64,000 nucleotides of DNA from Octopus sinensis (GCF_006345805.1 NC_042998.1:11470001-11534000); one strand, 5' to 3'; counted from the stretch's first letter, positions 24,021 to 37,330 are shown. Numbers and translations are program-made. Notes: a model not told the origin generated them from the sequence alone.

Positions 24021-24404
24021 ACTTAGCACTCCGTCGGTTACGACGATGAGGGTTCCGGTTGATCCGAATCAACGGAACAGCCTGCTCGTGAAATTAACGT
24101 GTAAGTGGCTGAGCACTCCACAGACACGTGTACCCTTAACGTAGTTCTCGGGGATATTCAGCGTGACACAGAGAGTGACAAGGCCGGCCCTTTGAAATAC
24201 AAGTACAACAGAAACAGGAAGTGAGAGTGAGAGAAAGTTGTGGTGAAAGAGTACAGCAGGGATCACCACCATCCCCTGCCGGAGCCTCGTGGAGCTTTAG
24301 GTGTTTTCGCTCAATAAACACTCACAACGCCCGGTCTGGGAATCGAAACCGCGATCCTATGACTGCGAGTCCGCTGCCCTAACCACTGAGCCATTGCGCC
24401 TCCA
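24021..24404 (-). mobile_element. SINE family C (tRNA-Arg-like head; possibly octopus OR-type)
   Basis: Minus strand ggcgcaatggctcagtggttagggcagcggactcgcagtcataggatcgcggtttcgattccc with A and B boxes, followed by a long non-tRNA body. Confidence 0.85.
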
Positions 24405-25551
24405 TTACAGATTTGTAATATCAACAATCTCATTTACTTCACTTCGAACAATCTCTGCTGGTTCTTCAAATTTCTAAAAATTGTCATAAATAAAAGACAG
24501 AATTTGTTCTAAACGTCTTACATATCTTTCTCTGTAATTTGTTCTAGGTTTTACCAAGAACATTAAATGATTTTTAATATTCTTTTGATGTTCAGCCTCT
24601 TTTATCAAAAACATATATTAAATTCTCAAATACACACTGAATATAATATATTTTTAATTTTGTAATAATGCCTTGGTTATTGTTTGAAAAAGTGACATTG
24701 TATTTGACTGTATAAACATTAAACTAACATTTCGATGGTGTTGTTATAGAGATTGTGGAAAACAAACTGCATAGTCTACGATCGGGAGATTATTAAATAA
24801 AATATTTTTGTCTCCACAATATTTTTTACTTCAAGTACAAAGTGATACGGAAACCATTTTCCCATGTAACAATAACCAAATGCGTTATTTTTTTTAATTG
24901 TTTCACATATGACTGGGAGAGTAGTTATTATGAGTCTTTTAAGTGATCTTTGATTTTCGACACGACACACAACCATGGCTCTTAACTTACAATCTCCAGC
25001 CGCATTCTGTTCAAACAATAACATTAAGAGAACTTTAACCATTGTAAAAAATCTATCTTCTACACTTTACTTTTTTCTGTCTTTTTATTCTGCAGAGTGA
25101 CTTTCTTGATAGATTGTGCTTCCAAAACTGGGCTAAGTAATCATATTGTTCTAATTTTTTCGCCAAGAAATATGCTTTTTCAGTATCAGTACTAACACTT
25201 TCTTATGCTAAACTGCTCAATTTTCTCTATCTATAAAATCAGCCATTGCATACAGTAAATATTTCTTTACAGTTACATACTTTATGTGTCAGCATCTTAG
25301 ACGTAGATGAGAATATAGCATAAATACCAGGCTGCAATATAGGCATGTTTAAACATTGCGTTATCATTTACCTAAGTTAATAAATGCGATTACGTGCTCG
25401 TTTCTAAATTACATGCCCTCGTAGATTGCAGGAACCACTCCCTTTTAATTTCATTCAAATAATTTTTTCCGTTAAAATCATGGAATGTGACCTATTTAAT
25501 TTTTGAAACTACATTTTTAACAGATTTTTCAAATTCTTTTCATTTGTAATA

Positions 25552-25951
25552 CTCTTTACTCTTTTACTCTTTTACTTGTTTCATTCATTTGACAGCGGCC
25601 ATGCTGGAGCACCGCCTTTAATAGAGCAACTCGACCCCGGGACTTATTCTTTTGTAAGCCCAGTACTTATTCTATCGGTTTCTTTTGCCGAACCGCTAAG
25701 TTACGGGGACATAAACACACCAGTATCGGTTGTCAAGCAATGCTAGGGGGACACACACAAATGCACACACGCATATATATATATACATATATACGACGGG
25801 CTTCTTTCAGTTTCCGTCTACCAAATCCACTCACAAGGCTTTGATCGGCCCGAGGCTATAGTAGAAGACACTTGCCCATAGTGCCACGCAGTGGGACTGA
25901 ACCCAGAACCATGTGGTTGGTAAACAAGCTACTTACCACACAGCCACTCCT
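25552..25951 (-). mobile_element. SINE family A
   Basis: Full-length reverse-complement match. Confidence 0.92.
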
Positions 25952-26568
25952 AAAGATTACCATTTCCTTTTTTGTATTATTCACTATCATAGTATCCCTT
26001 CGTTTTATATATCGAAAGGTGTAGTGGAGAAATTATGAATACAATACACTTGCTGACCATTAGCATGAAAATGAACTGAATAGCTGAATGAACGAGCACA
26101 CAAGTAAAACACCCACGCACACACAATCGATGAGCAGTGCAGAAATTCAAATTATAAAGCAATTATGAATATTTATCATTTATTTTCTACAATTAACTTT
26201 CGATTTTTCATTTTTCATAATTAAAAGAATATCATTAAATATCATTATATGTAATGAGCTATTTAACTATTTAGAAACATACAAAATGTTCCTAAATTCA
26301 CATCTCATTTATTTCATGAGGTGTCAACATATTCGTTTCACAGCTGCCCCTTGGTCTGTTATACAGTTCCGCAACATGTTTTCTATCTAAAAGATAAAAA
26401 TTATGCTACATCTGGGAATGTTGTGCTTGTGATCATTTAGTGTAAAATAAGTTTCTTGTGCTAAAAAGTTGCTTCTGTTTATATATTTATTAGTTTGTTT
26501 TTTTTACGTTAACTCTATTCAAGTTATGTTTTATGCATACACACACACACACACCACACACACACACA

Positions 26569-26640
<72 letters not shown>

Positions 26641-28972
26641 ATATGTAATAGACATTGAATTACAGGGATGGTAGGATAAAAATGTTGAAGCCTTAAGATA
26701 CAACTGGAAGATAGCTTTAACAGTTTTTGTGTTTTATAATGAATGAAATGACTCTCTTGTGAATAATTACTTCAGTTTCAACATACGATCTGAGATTAAG
26801 TCACTTCGTAAACATGTACCAAACCAAAAAGATTTCTCTCTGTGTGTGTGTAAAGAGGTGTTACTCTACTATTTCTCCGATTCAATGCTCTGTTACTCAT
26901 TGAAGTTCAGAGCCTTTGGTGTACCCAAGTACAAATAGACTCTTCAAAAATAAAAGCTTCATATTTATTCCTTCAATAATAAATTTACTCAGTACACGTT
27001 TTATTTAGTAAAGCATAATATGAAAAGAAAACTAAAAAAACATTCTATCAGCCTGAATACAACTTTGTCTTAGTTGTTGAATAGACCCAGATCAGCTTTG
27101 ACCGAGCAGGCCTATGTCATGTTATTTGTTTGTCGAATGATTAGGTACGAGCCACAGGTCAAATAAGTTTGCACAGAAGTTTCAGACCTTTTGGTGTTCT
27201 ATTTAACCCCTAGCGATATTTTGAAAATAAAGTTTATCAGATAATTAGGAAATACATAATATTGTTTTTAATCATCGTTATTTTATGTTATTTAGCACAC
27301 AATATAAATCATTATTTCCAAAGTAGTAGAAAAAAGCAGTACTTTTTTGATAAAATAGGTCAGCTTCAAATTTTCCTCTCATTAGATTTTTTTCTAAATC
27401 ATAATTGGTAAGAAAAAGTGTACAAATCTAGAATTAACAAATTAACCACTGGATAGTTAAAATTTACCACCAGCAAATAAATAGGTCCTAGTGTGGGAAT
27501 ATCTGGTTCCCAATTTGGGAATCGAATATTATATGATGACCACGCTTCACATTCTGACATACAGTGATTAATTAATTGCATGTGGTGCAGCGTGGATCTC
27601 TGGAGATGCTGAATCTTCTCAGTGCAATCTGTTTCTGTAAGTTTCTTATTGTTATTGTCGGTGTTTATCCCAAAGACAGTTCTGAATGAGCAAACATGAT
27701 CAATAGTGTTCCAGCTGTAAACGATGTTTTTTATCGTTATCGTTGACTAATATAACATTATCTTTTTAAAACCTTTTGTCAGCTATTTATGCTAGACTCA
27801 GTGACCACGTTAAGACTCGTACGCGAAGTCATACATTTAGTGCATTAATGAAAACATACATAAACATATGAATTCAAAACAAAAGCCTGTAATACGAACC
27901 TCATTAACTTAATATATTATGTTAATACATACACTCTAACTTCGCTAACTGTCTCCCTCCTGAAGTTAAGCAACCTTAATAAAACAGCTTAATACATTTC
28001 CAAACAACACGAGTTCTGAAGGCTTCAATGCGCACAACGCATCCTGGTACAACTGCAACACAGATAGTACAACAGGAGACACCACTAAACTCCTTTTATG
28101 TCCAAAGCAATCTACACCAAAACATTTACGAGCCTTAGCAAGATAACTACAACTCTCTCCAGATGTTACATTCTATTGCACATATCTAGCTGCCAACCAC
28201 GATAGATGACAAAGTGCGGTTGCACTGCCTATTTAAATGATCGAACAAATTACCGTGGAATAGTAAATAAAGGATACACTGTCCAAAGTAGCTACACACA
28301 AAAAACATGAGATAAAGTGACATTTTGGGATAAACAACAAAATGCAACATAATTCTTATTCTCCTCTTGCGACTCTCTTACTCTCACTGTCACACAACAT
28401 GCACACATCAATGAACAAAGCAAAAAGCCTTTCATAAATTCAAAACAGTGTGTTGGAATTCTTTTCATTAAAAAGGTTAGAGTGACTAAATAAAGTAACT
28501 AAATAATACTTCAAATACCAACACAGATGCTGCAGTACCAGTCGATTAGTGTTGGACATGTAACTGCACCTGGAAGTACCTCTCTAGGACGCAAGCCTGG
28601 GTAAGACTCTTATAGAAGCCCAATAGCTGCCCATGATTATGTCTCTGTTCTCCCCACCACAAACGTTATACAAGAGACAACAGGCTATCCAGAGGAAACA
28701 ACTACAGAGGTCGAAAGGTAAATAATATAGCAAGTGAACTCGAAACGTTAAGAGTTGGAACAAACGTGATATAATATTTTGTCTAACGTTTAAATTCTGC
28801 TTTTTCACTGCCCTAGATTGGAACATTATTTTATTGAACCCGGAAGAATGTAAAGCAAAGTTGAACTCAAAGAGACTGCAACTCACCGCGTAAAGAGCCG
28901 GAACAAATACCGTGCAGCATCTTCTCCAATAATAACAATTGTGCCTTTTACAAAAGTATATACTTACACACG

Positions 28973-29006
<34 letters not shown>

Positions 29007-29155
29007 TGTATGTATGTATGTATGTATGTATGTATATATGTATATATGTATGTATATGTGTATATATGTATGTATATGTGTATGTATGTATATGTGAATG
29101 TATGTATGTATGTATGCATGTATGTATGCATGCATGTGTGTATGTCATAATTCAG

Positions 29156-29244
29156 TTTTATTTCAAGAATACTTGCCAACAGAGGAAGAGCCGGTTTCTA
29201 ACCTAGATCCGAGACTCCTTCATTGGAATTTCAACACCAACAAG

Positions 29245-29250
<6 letters not shown>
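29156..29250 (+). repeat. Short repeat embedded in (TATG)n, copy 1
   Basis: gagccggtttctaacctagatcc...ttggaatttcaaca shared with 29806-29903. Confidence 0.85.
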
Positions 29251-29275
<25 letters not shown>

Positions 29276-29805
29276 TGTATGTATGTATACGTGCAGATTT
29301 GTATGTTTTGTTTTATGCATGTATTCTCATGCATATAGTTGCATGTCTAGACATTCTCATATATATTTAAATGATGAACTTCTGGAAAGTTTTACAGATT
29401 TCTACTGTTCTAGTCTTTCTGGTTTTGAGAAGCCTAATTTCTCAAGATAAGTTCTTAGGCAGTGTGTTACATATCTTAGTGCCCCAATAATTACAGATAT
29501 AAACCTGAAGCTGTAATCTGGATAGAGTAACTATAGACTTCCCAATAGTTTAGCGTAGGTATTTTCTTTTTCGCTGATATTTAGCTTTATGTTAACCTCC
29601 ACTGGGCAGCTGATTTCCACAACTGTACACAGTTTCTCTTCTCTATATCAAATCACTATGACAGGTCTATTATGTTTACATTTTATTGAGGTTCTCACTA
29701 GGACATTCCACCAGTACTTCTTTTTATTATGAGTGGCTATGGCTTTTACCATACTGTAGGATCTTACTTCTTTGATCTCGGGGTTGTATGCATGTCGTTA
29801 TTTAT

Positions 29806-29903
29806 TTTTATTTCAGGATTTCATGACAATAGAGAAAGAGCCGGTTTCTAACCTAGATCCAAACCTCCTTTATTGGAATTTCAACAATATCAACAGGGTA
29901 TGT
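29806..29903 (+). repeat. Short repeat embedded in (TATG)n, copy 2
   Basis: Paralog of 29156-29250. Confidence 0.85.
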
Positions 29904-30049
29904 ATGTATGTATGTATGTATGTATGTTGTATGTATGTATGTATGTATGTATGTATGTATGAGTAGCAAGGTTGTTAAGGAAAGAAGCATCTTTTTTCAT
30001 CATCCTTTAAATCTTAAGTTCTTGCAAATTTTTATAGTTCCTAATATCG

Positions 30050-30600
30050 TGATCATTTGTAGGGTGTGAATTAAGGATTTGCGTTCTCTCCCCAAGATTC
30101 CAAGTTAAGCCATATTTTGCTCCAGGCGAGTTGATATGTATCCTGTTTCTCCAAAATGATAGGTTTGAAGCTGAAAGTATATCTTGGGTACTGGATTTGC
30201 AGACTTGTTAATGGTCTATAGAAGTCCTCTTTCTCTTGTATTTTTTAACCACATTGGTGTCCAGAGAATAGCTGAGTTCCACAACAGAACAGTTTCCTGG
30301 TGTCCCCACACAATAATATCTGGCCGGTATTTTTTAGCTTGGTGATTGTTTTAATTTTAAGTTCCACCAGCATAATTTTGACCCATCGGTGTCATTACAG
30401 TCAACTTCATTTGTAGGTGTTTTCTGTGTTGTTATTGTGTTCCAGATCATTCTGGCCACTGCATCATGCCGCACGCCGCATGGGAAGATATCTGGAAGAC
30501 ATTCCTTCACAGTTGGCAATGATGTGGTTGATGTCTTCAGTTTTGTCTTCAGAAAAGGAATTTACAAGGAAACTTAGTTGATATGAAGCGGGAGTATTTC
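30050..30600 (-). mobile_element. R4/Dong-like REL endonuclease fragment (divergent)
   Basis: RHDAVARMIW motif followed by WWNLK and frameshifted PD-type segments. Confidence 0.6.
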
Positions 30601-30949
30601 TTCCCCTTTGAGTATGAGGAAGTGTATATCTGGTATTCAGAAACGAAGATGAGGAGAAGAGGTGATCGAAGTCTGTGCATTACATGGTTACCTACAGATT
30701 AATTTATCTCTATATAAACAAAAGTAAGGCAATAATCATGGAGAGAAACATTGGTATTGGTGTGTGCCGATTGCTCATCGAGACCTTTGCCGCACAATTG
30801 AACAAGTTGTGTGTGCCAAAGTAACTCACAGTTCAGTGTCTAACCATTATTGATTGCGCAGTTTTGTCGAGCAGCTGTCGTGATTTGTCGAATGGATTCG
30901 AACTTCAGTAATTCGAAACAGCCATACCGTCTTCATAGATTTTAATTGT

Positions 30950-31330
30950 ATGTTCCACTGCGTAGTATCTTGTGCAAGTGTCTTCTACTATAGCCTCGGA
31001 CCGATCAAAGCCTTATGAGTAGGTCAGGTAGACGGAATCTGAAAGAAGCCTGTCGTATGTGTGTGTATGTGTGCGAGTGTGTGTGCGAGTGTGTGTGAGT
31101 GTGTGTGCGGGTTTGCATGTGTATGTGTGTGTGTTTGTGTCTATGTTTGTTCCCCCATTATCACTTGACAACCGAGAATGTTTACGTCCCCGTAACTTAG
31201 CGGTTCGGCAAAATAAACCAATAGAATAAGTAGTAGGCTTAAGAAAATAAGTCCTGGTATCTATTTGTTCCTCTAAAATCCTTCAAGCATGGCTGCAGTC
31301 AAATAACTGAAAGAAGTAAACAAGTAAAAT
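30950..31330 (+). mobile_element. Degenerate SINE family A
   Basis: gcaagtgtcttctactatagcctcgg...gcggttcggcaaaa...gcatggctgcagtcaaat. Confidence 0.8.
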
Positions 31331-31340
31331 CATATATATA

Positions 31341-31510
31341 CAGGGTGTGGTGAGTAAACTGTCGTCTAAATTACGCAAAAATGAAAATAATACTGACATC
31401 TCATTTTAACAAATATATTTACCAAAATTACATAAAAATATCTTGAAATACTAAAGAGTAAATTTACTCAATAAAATCTTCATTGGCTTCAACCACAGCC
31501 TCAAATAGAG
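31341..31510 (-). mobile_element. Tc1/mariner (maT-like) transposon end
   Basis: TA|CAGGGTG terminus; EAVVEANEDFIE-like C-terminus; paralog at 52372-52552. Confidence 0.6.
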
Positions 31511-31649
31511 TTTATGTTGGTCTCATGAAAGGATGATATCATACAAGTAAATACCGATTCAATACCTAACATTGGGGTGGGGTTAATATCCATAAAATAA
31601 TAGGTTTATATATAAACCATGTTTTATAATCATGCAAATGAAGAATAAG

Positions 31650-34600
31650 CATCCCGAACGACCAAGCAGCATTATCTAGAAAGAGAACTACTTGCTCTAC
31701 ATAGAGAGGAGCCTAGAAAATGTGGACTAAAGGAAGCTCGTCTTCTACACACCCAGTTGGCAAACCGCGGCTAACGGGCATCCTCAAGCGGTCGAACATG
31801 CACAAGTACAAAAATGGAAGATTTCACACACTCTCCAGAAGTTGCCAAGAGTCTGAAGATCGCATGTTGGAACCTCAGATCCATACTTGACTCAGGCGAC
31901 AGAGGTCGCCCGGAACGCTGATCCACTCTCATTGCTCACGAACTGTTCAGGATAGATATTGGCATCGCAGCACTCAGCGGAGTCCTGCACCCAAAGAAAG
32001 GCAACCTGAAAGAACATGGTGCCGGATACACCCTATATTCGTCAGGCAAACCCCCATCAGAAAAACGCTTTTCATGTGTCGGCTTCATGATAAAGAATTC
32101 CATCACCTCCAAGCTGGAAACCATACCAGCAGGTCACTCTGACTGCATCATCTCCATGCGCCTCCCTGTGAAAAACAAGCAGCATGCCACGATCTTCAGC
32201 GTTTACTCCCCGACCCTCCAAGCAGACCCAGCAGACAAGGACAAGTTCTACGCAGACCTGTGCAGACTCCTCCAGGGAACTCCTGTCGATGATAAGGTCA
32301 TAATCCTAGGAAATTTCAACACGAGATTCGGAAACCTAGGAGTCTTCGGAAAACATGGGATTGGGAACTGCAGCAACGGGCGCTTCCTGTTTGAGTTCTG
32401 CAGCGAGCATCAGCTCGTCATCACCAATACCATCTTCCAGAAAAGAGTCTGAAAACAACCTGGAAGCATCCCGATCAGAACACTGGCACCTCCTTGACTA
32501 CGTTTTAATGCGCAAACGAGACCAGTCTGACGTCATGCACACCAGAGTGATGCCTAGCACAGAATGCCATACTGACTATCGCCTCATCCGTTGCAAACTC
32601 AAACTCCACTTCAAGTCCAAACCAAAAAAAGCAAGAAATCAAAATTAGCGGTCTGCAGGTAAACGAAATGTAAGTAAACTTCTAGGCTGGCTTACAGGCA
32701 AAGCTTGATCAATCCAATTGCCCCTCAGATCCCTCTCCAGAAACTTTATGGGAACAACTGAAAACAGCCATCATACAGACCTCTACAGAAATCCTTGGGT
32801 TTAAGAAGAAAAAGAACAAGGATCGGTTTCACGAAAACGATGTACTGATCCAGGAATTACTAAAGAAGAGGTCTGACCACCATGCACACCTAGCACAACC
32901 ATCCTGCCCAGAGAAGAAAGCAACCTTTCGCCAAGCCTGCAGCTTTCTGCAGCGCAAACTTTGTGAAGTTCAAAATGACTAGTGGACTAGCCTCGCTGAC
33001 AGTGGCGACTGGGAAGGGTTCTACAAAGCTCTCAAGGCAGTTTACGGTCCAGCACATAAAGTCCGGAGTCCCTTTCGCAGCTCAGACAGCCAGGTGCTTC
33101 TAAGACAAGAGCAGCCATCCTCAACAGCTGGTCTGAGTACTTTCAGGCCTTCCTCGGTGCAAACCGAGTTGTCCAAGAAAACGCAATCCTCCATATTCAG
33201 CAGCAGCTGCCAGTCAGAATGGAACTAGATGAGTCCCCAACCCTGGAAGAGACCACAGTTACCATGGGCCAACTGATGAGTAGAAAGGCAGCAAGAGTAT
33301 ATGGCATACCACCAAAGATATGGAAGTATTGGGGTTCTGTATTACATGCTAAACTCCTCGAGTTTCTCGTTGCATGCTGAGAACAGGGCAAGCTACCACG
33401 AGATCTCTGCGATGTTGTCATCATTACACTGTACGAAGACAAAGGGGAAAAGTCAGATTGCTCAAACTACCAGATCTCAATGGTTTCCGCTGCAGAAAAA
33501 GTTCTAGCAATATTACTCCTCAATAGAATTTTTCTGTCCATCGCCGAAAATCATCTCCCAGAAAGCCGTTCAGAGCTAACAGGGGCGCAGCAGATATGGT
33601 TTTCGTTCTCAGGCAGCTCCAAGAAAAGTGCTGGGTGCAAAACAAAGCACTTTATGCAACATTTGTCGACCTGACAAAAGCGTTCGACACTGTGAGCAGA
33701 AAAGGTCTGTGGCAAATCCTAAAACGACTCGGCTGTCACCCAAAATTCCTAACCATGATCATCCAGCTTCACGAAGACCTACAAGGATAAGTCCGCATGA
33801 ACAGTGACATATCAGAGCTATTCTCCATCAAAAGCAGCATGAAGCAGGGCTATATCCTGGCACCAACTCTCTTCAGCATCTTCTTCAGCATGATGCTCAA
33901 GCAAGCCACTGTAGACCTCAACGCTGAAGACGGTGTTTACATCAGATGTCTGGATAGCAGTCTTTTCAACCTCCAGCGCCTACATGCCCACACCAAGACC
34001 CAAGAGCAACTGATCCAGGATCTACTCTTTGTAGATGATGCCGCACTTGTCGCACACACAGACAGGCTGAAAGTAAGCTTGAAAAAGATAAGTCCTACAC
34101 CAACCAGCTCCTCAGGAAGAGTACAACCCTCCCAATATCACCATTGCCGAAACAGAACTGAAGTCGGTATAGCAGTTCACTTATCTTGGATACACCATCT
34201 CATCAATTGTGCGTATCGACAAAGAAATTGACAACAGACTTGCAAAGGTAAATAAAACATTTGGTAGACTGTACAAGCGTGTGTGGAACAGCAAGCATCT
34301 TAAAATCAGCACAAAAGTCAACGTCTACAGGGCCATGATTCTCGCAACGCCCCTATATAGCATTGAGTCCTAAGTCGCCTACTCCTTTAACGTTTTTACC
34401 AACGCTGTCTCCGTGCCATCCTGAACATTTACTGGAGCGGCTACATCACCAATACTGAGGTTCTCGAGCGAGCAAATGTCACCAGCCTGGAAGCCATTTC
34501 ACTTAAGACACGACTGCGTTGGGCAGGGCATGTTGACAGGATGAAAGACCATTGCCTAGATCATCATGTACAGTGAACTCACTACCGGCCACTGCCAAAT

Positions 34601-35222
34601 TGGCGGGGGTGAAGCAGTCCATTAGCGTTTGTGATATTGATTATCTTGAGTGGTTCAGTCTATCAGCTGACCGCCTCGCTTGGTACCTATTTCTTTACTA
34701 CCCACAAGGGGCTAAACACAGAGAGGACAAACAAGGACAGACAAACGGATTAAGTCGATTACATCGACCCCAGTGCGTAACTGGTACTTAATTTATCGAC
34801 CCCGAAAGGATGAAAGGCAAAGTCGACCTCGACGGAATTTGAACTCAGAACGTAACGGCAGACGAAATACGGCTACGCATTTCGCCCGACGTGCTAACGT
34901 TTCTGACAGCTCGGCCACTGCCAAATTAGCGGGGGTGAAGCAGTCCATTAGCGTTTGTGATATTGATTATCGTGAGTGGTTCAGTCTATCAGCTGACCGC
35001 CTCGCTTGGTACCATATCGTCAGTTATGTTTCTTCTTTTGAGATCTCTCGCAGTGCCCCTCTTGAAGACAAACGTCAGAGGCGAAAAATCAACGCAGCAG
35101 CTTCATTACACCTGAACAACTATACCTCTGTCGTCACTGCAATCGATATGTCGATCCCACAACGGCCTTATCAGCCTCGAACGAGGACAGCATCCTTCCT
35201 ATTCTTCGTCAGCGAAGCCAAT
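31650..35222 (+). mobile_element. Near full-length decayed RTE/BovB-like LINE (APE plus RT), interrupted by a SINE
   Basis: SALIAHEL..IDIGIAALS, SVYSPTLQAD, ILGNFN, FVDLTKAFDTVSR, KQGYILAPTLFSIFF, LLFVDDAAL, LRWAGHV, EDKRQRRK; multiple stops and frameshifts. Confidence 0.93.
34688..34911 (-). mobile_element. SINE family B flanked by a 102-bp direct duplication
   Basis: Family B sequence; flanks 34586-34687 and 34912-35013 are 100/102 identical. Confidence 0.92.
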
Positions 35223-35510
35223 CTTTCTTTCATCTTTCCTTTCTATCCATCATTTATTCTCTATTTGCTTATACCTACAGTTCTCCTTTAATTCTCTTTC
35301 TCTCTTCCTCCTCTTCTTCTCTCACCCAATGACGTCAAATTACCTAACGGCAATTTTAAAATTATTAGCATTCCGTATACAACTTCGCTTTCCATATGTG
35401 CATAAGCGTGTATGTATGTATGTATGTATGGATGGATGGATGGATGGATGGATGGATGGATGGATGGATGGATGGATGTGTGCATGTGTGTATTTATATG
35501 CATGTATGTG

Positions 35511-35561
<51 letters not shown>

Positions 35562-35645
35562 GTATATATATGTATGTATGTATATATATATGTGTGTGTG
35601 TGTATGCATGTGTATATGTATATATATATGTATTTATAAATATGT

Positions 35646-37123
35646 ACTAGACCACCCGTGATCCGTTGGGTCAGCGGGAAACTCTGAGTTTCCCAGCAAC
35701 GGAGATTTGTTTCCTGAGTTTTTTTTCCTTCTTTTCCAGGTTATTTCGCATGCTTTCAACGAATATGACATCGAAATCACGTGTGAACGGCTACTGTCCC
35801 CAGAAAAGGAGAGATTTGGCTGCTATTTCTTGTACGTCCTGCTACCACGCAACGGGTATTTCGGGTCCTTTATCACAAATAGCTGTTACGTGGTAGCAGG
35901 GCGTTCTAGAAATAGCAGCCAAATATACAGAATGCACTCGAAAAAACTCACTGTCTAATACAAAGATAAAAGTTTCTTCCCTTTCAGGATGATTATTTTC
36001 GGAACATTTTCCCATTATGCACCGTTTTGGGTATTTATACCCTGAAAAATCTCTAATATCTTGAAAACTACTTTACCCATTTATGCGAAACTTGTTTCAT
36101 CCGATTCGTATTAACATTTCAGGGTAAACTTAATTCATGGTATTTTCCCATTATGCGCCAGTTTCGCTGACTAACATTGCAAGCAAACAAACAACTTTTA
36201 AAGCATTATATATCTCTGGGAAATTTTGTCTGCAGGTGTGTTTGTGGAGTTGTTATCTTTTTCCTGCTACATCGTTTTATCGATTTTGATGAAACTTGAC
36301 ACGTGAGTAGAACTCATTTCTGGAAACCTCATGGCATACTCAGATTGTTGAAAAAAATCGATAATAGGGCTCCTGGAAAGGATCCTTATATATATCTAAT
36401 ATATTTCATTTTAACAGCTAAGGGAAATAACCCATTCGCTCCTGAAAGGGATCCTTATATATAGCTAAATGAAATAATCCATTCATTTTCCTAAATTATT
36501 TGGTATAAATGAAATAGAGCATGCTTATTTCTTAGTATTTGAACTGTTAGAGTTATTTTTTGCAATTTATCCAGTACAACCCTTAAACAAGTAAGTAGTA
36601 TTTTCCTAAACAATAGATCCACTCATTTCGGTTAGTGAATAATTTTACGAATATACCAACACTAGCGCCGCTGAGGGTAATATTCTTTGGGAACGCACAA
36701 AAACCCTTTTCAAAGTTACTTACTTTGAATTGTTATTATCTCATATCTCATTAGCCTGTTATTACATAACATGCTTCATGATTTTAGTATACATACCTTA
36801 TTAGTATTTTCTCCTTAAGTTCTATATACTCTGGGAAAGCATTAAATCTCTTTTCGGGGTTACTTTATTTGAATTCTTACTATCGGGTAACTTATTTCAT
36901 GTTATTACATAACTGACTACACAATTTAGGTATTCATAACTTATTGGGAATTCCTAAAACAAGATCCTGTGTAAGACATTTCGGTATTCTCTGTAAATGC
37001 ACAAAAACCGTTTTAAGGGCTATATACTTTGTAATGTTACTATTGGATTAGCGAAACAATTATGAGAACGGAACCAAGGGATAAGCCCCGCTTTCCCGGG
37101 AATTACTGGGTACGTCAGCTAGT
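35646..37123. mobile_element. Helitron/Helentron-like non-autonomous sequence (two opposing ACTAG-type termini, internal short repeats)
   Basis: actagaccacccgtg at 35646 (+) and actagctgacgtacccag at 37123 (-), both next to TA-rich flanks; internal duplicated ttttcccattatgc and ggatccttatatata blocks; class is inferred. Confidence 0.4.
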
Positions 37124-37138
37124 AAATATATATGTGTG

Positions 37139-37188
<50 letters not shown>

Positions 37189-37330
37189 GTGAATGGAAGA
37201 AATGGAGTTGAACGAAGATTGTACAGAATTCCTATATATATATATATATATATACATACACACATATATATTTACTAGCTGACGTACCCAGTAATTCCCG
37301 GGAAAGCGGGGCTTATCCCTTGGTTCCGTT
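37067..37330. repeat. Perfect inverted duplication, 98-bp arms and 68-bp spacer
   Basis: 37067-37164 is the exact reverse complement of 37233-37330. Confidence 0.95.

Noticed and set aside
24325-24404. tRNA-Arg-like sequence on the minus strand
   Set aside because: Acceptor and anticodon stems are imperfect and it continues into a SINE body; it is a SINE head, not a tRNA gene
26735-26795. Box C/D snoRNA-like ATGAATGA...CTGA
   Set aside because: Non-canonical C box, no terminal stem, no recognisable rRNA guide
28527-28600. Open 74-nt segment with cag| and |gtaaga sites (MLQYQSISVGHVTAPGSTSLGRKP)
   Set aside because: No polypyrimidine tract, no partner exons, no recognised homology
28584-29135. 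183-aa minus-strand ORF and a ctcgaaacgtta motif near 28740
   Set aside because: Half of the ORF is microsatellite and the rest is unrecognised; no CTGANGA or stem II upstream of the GAAA
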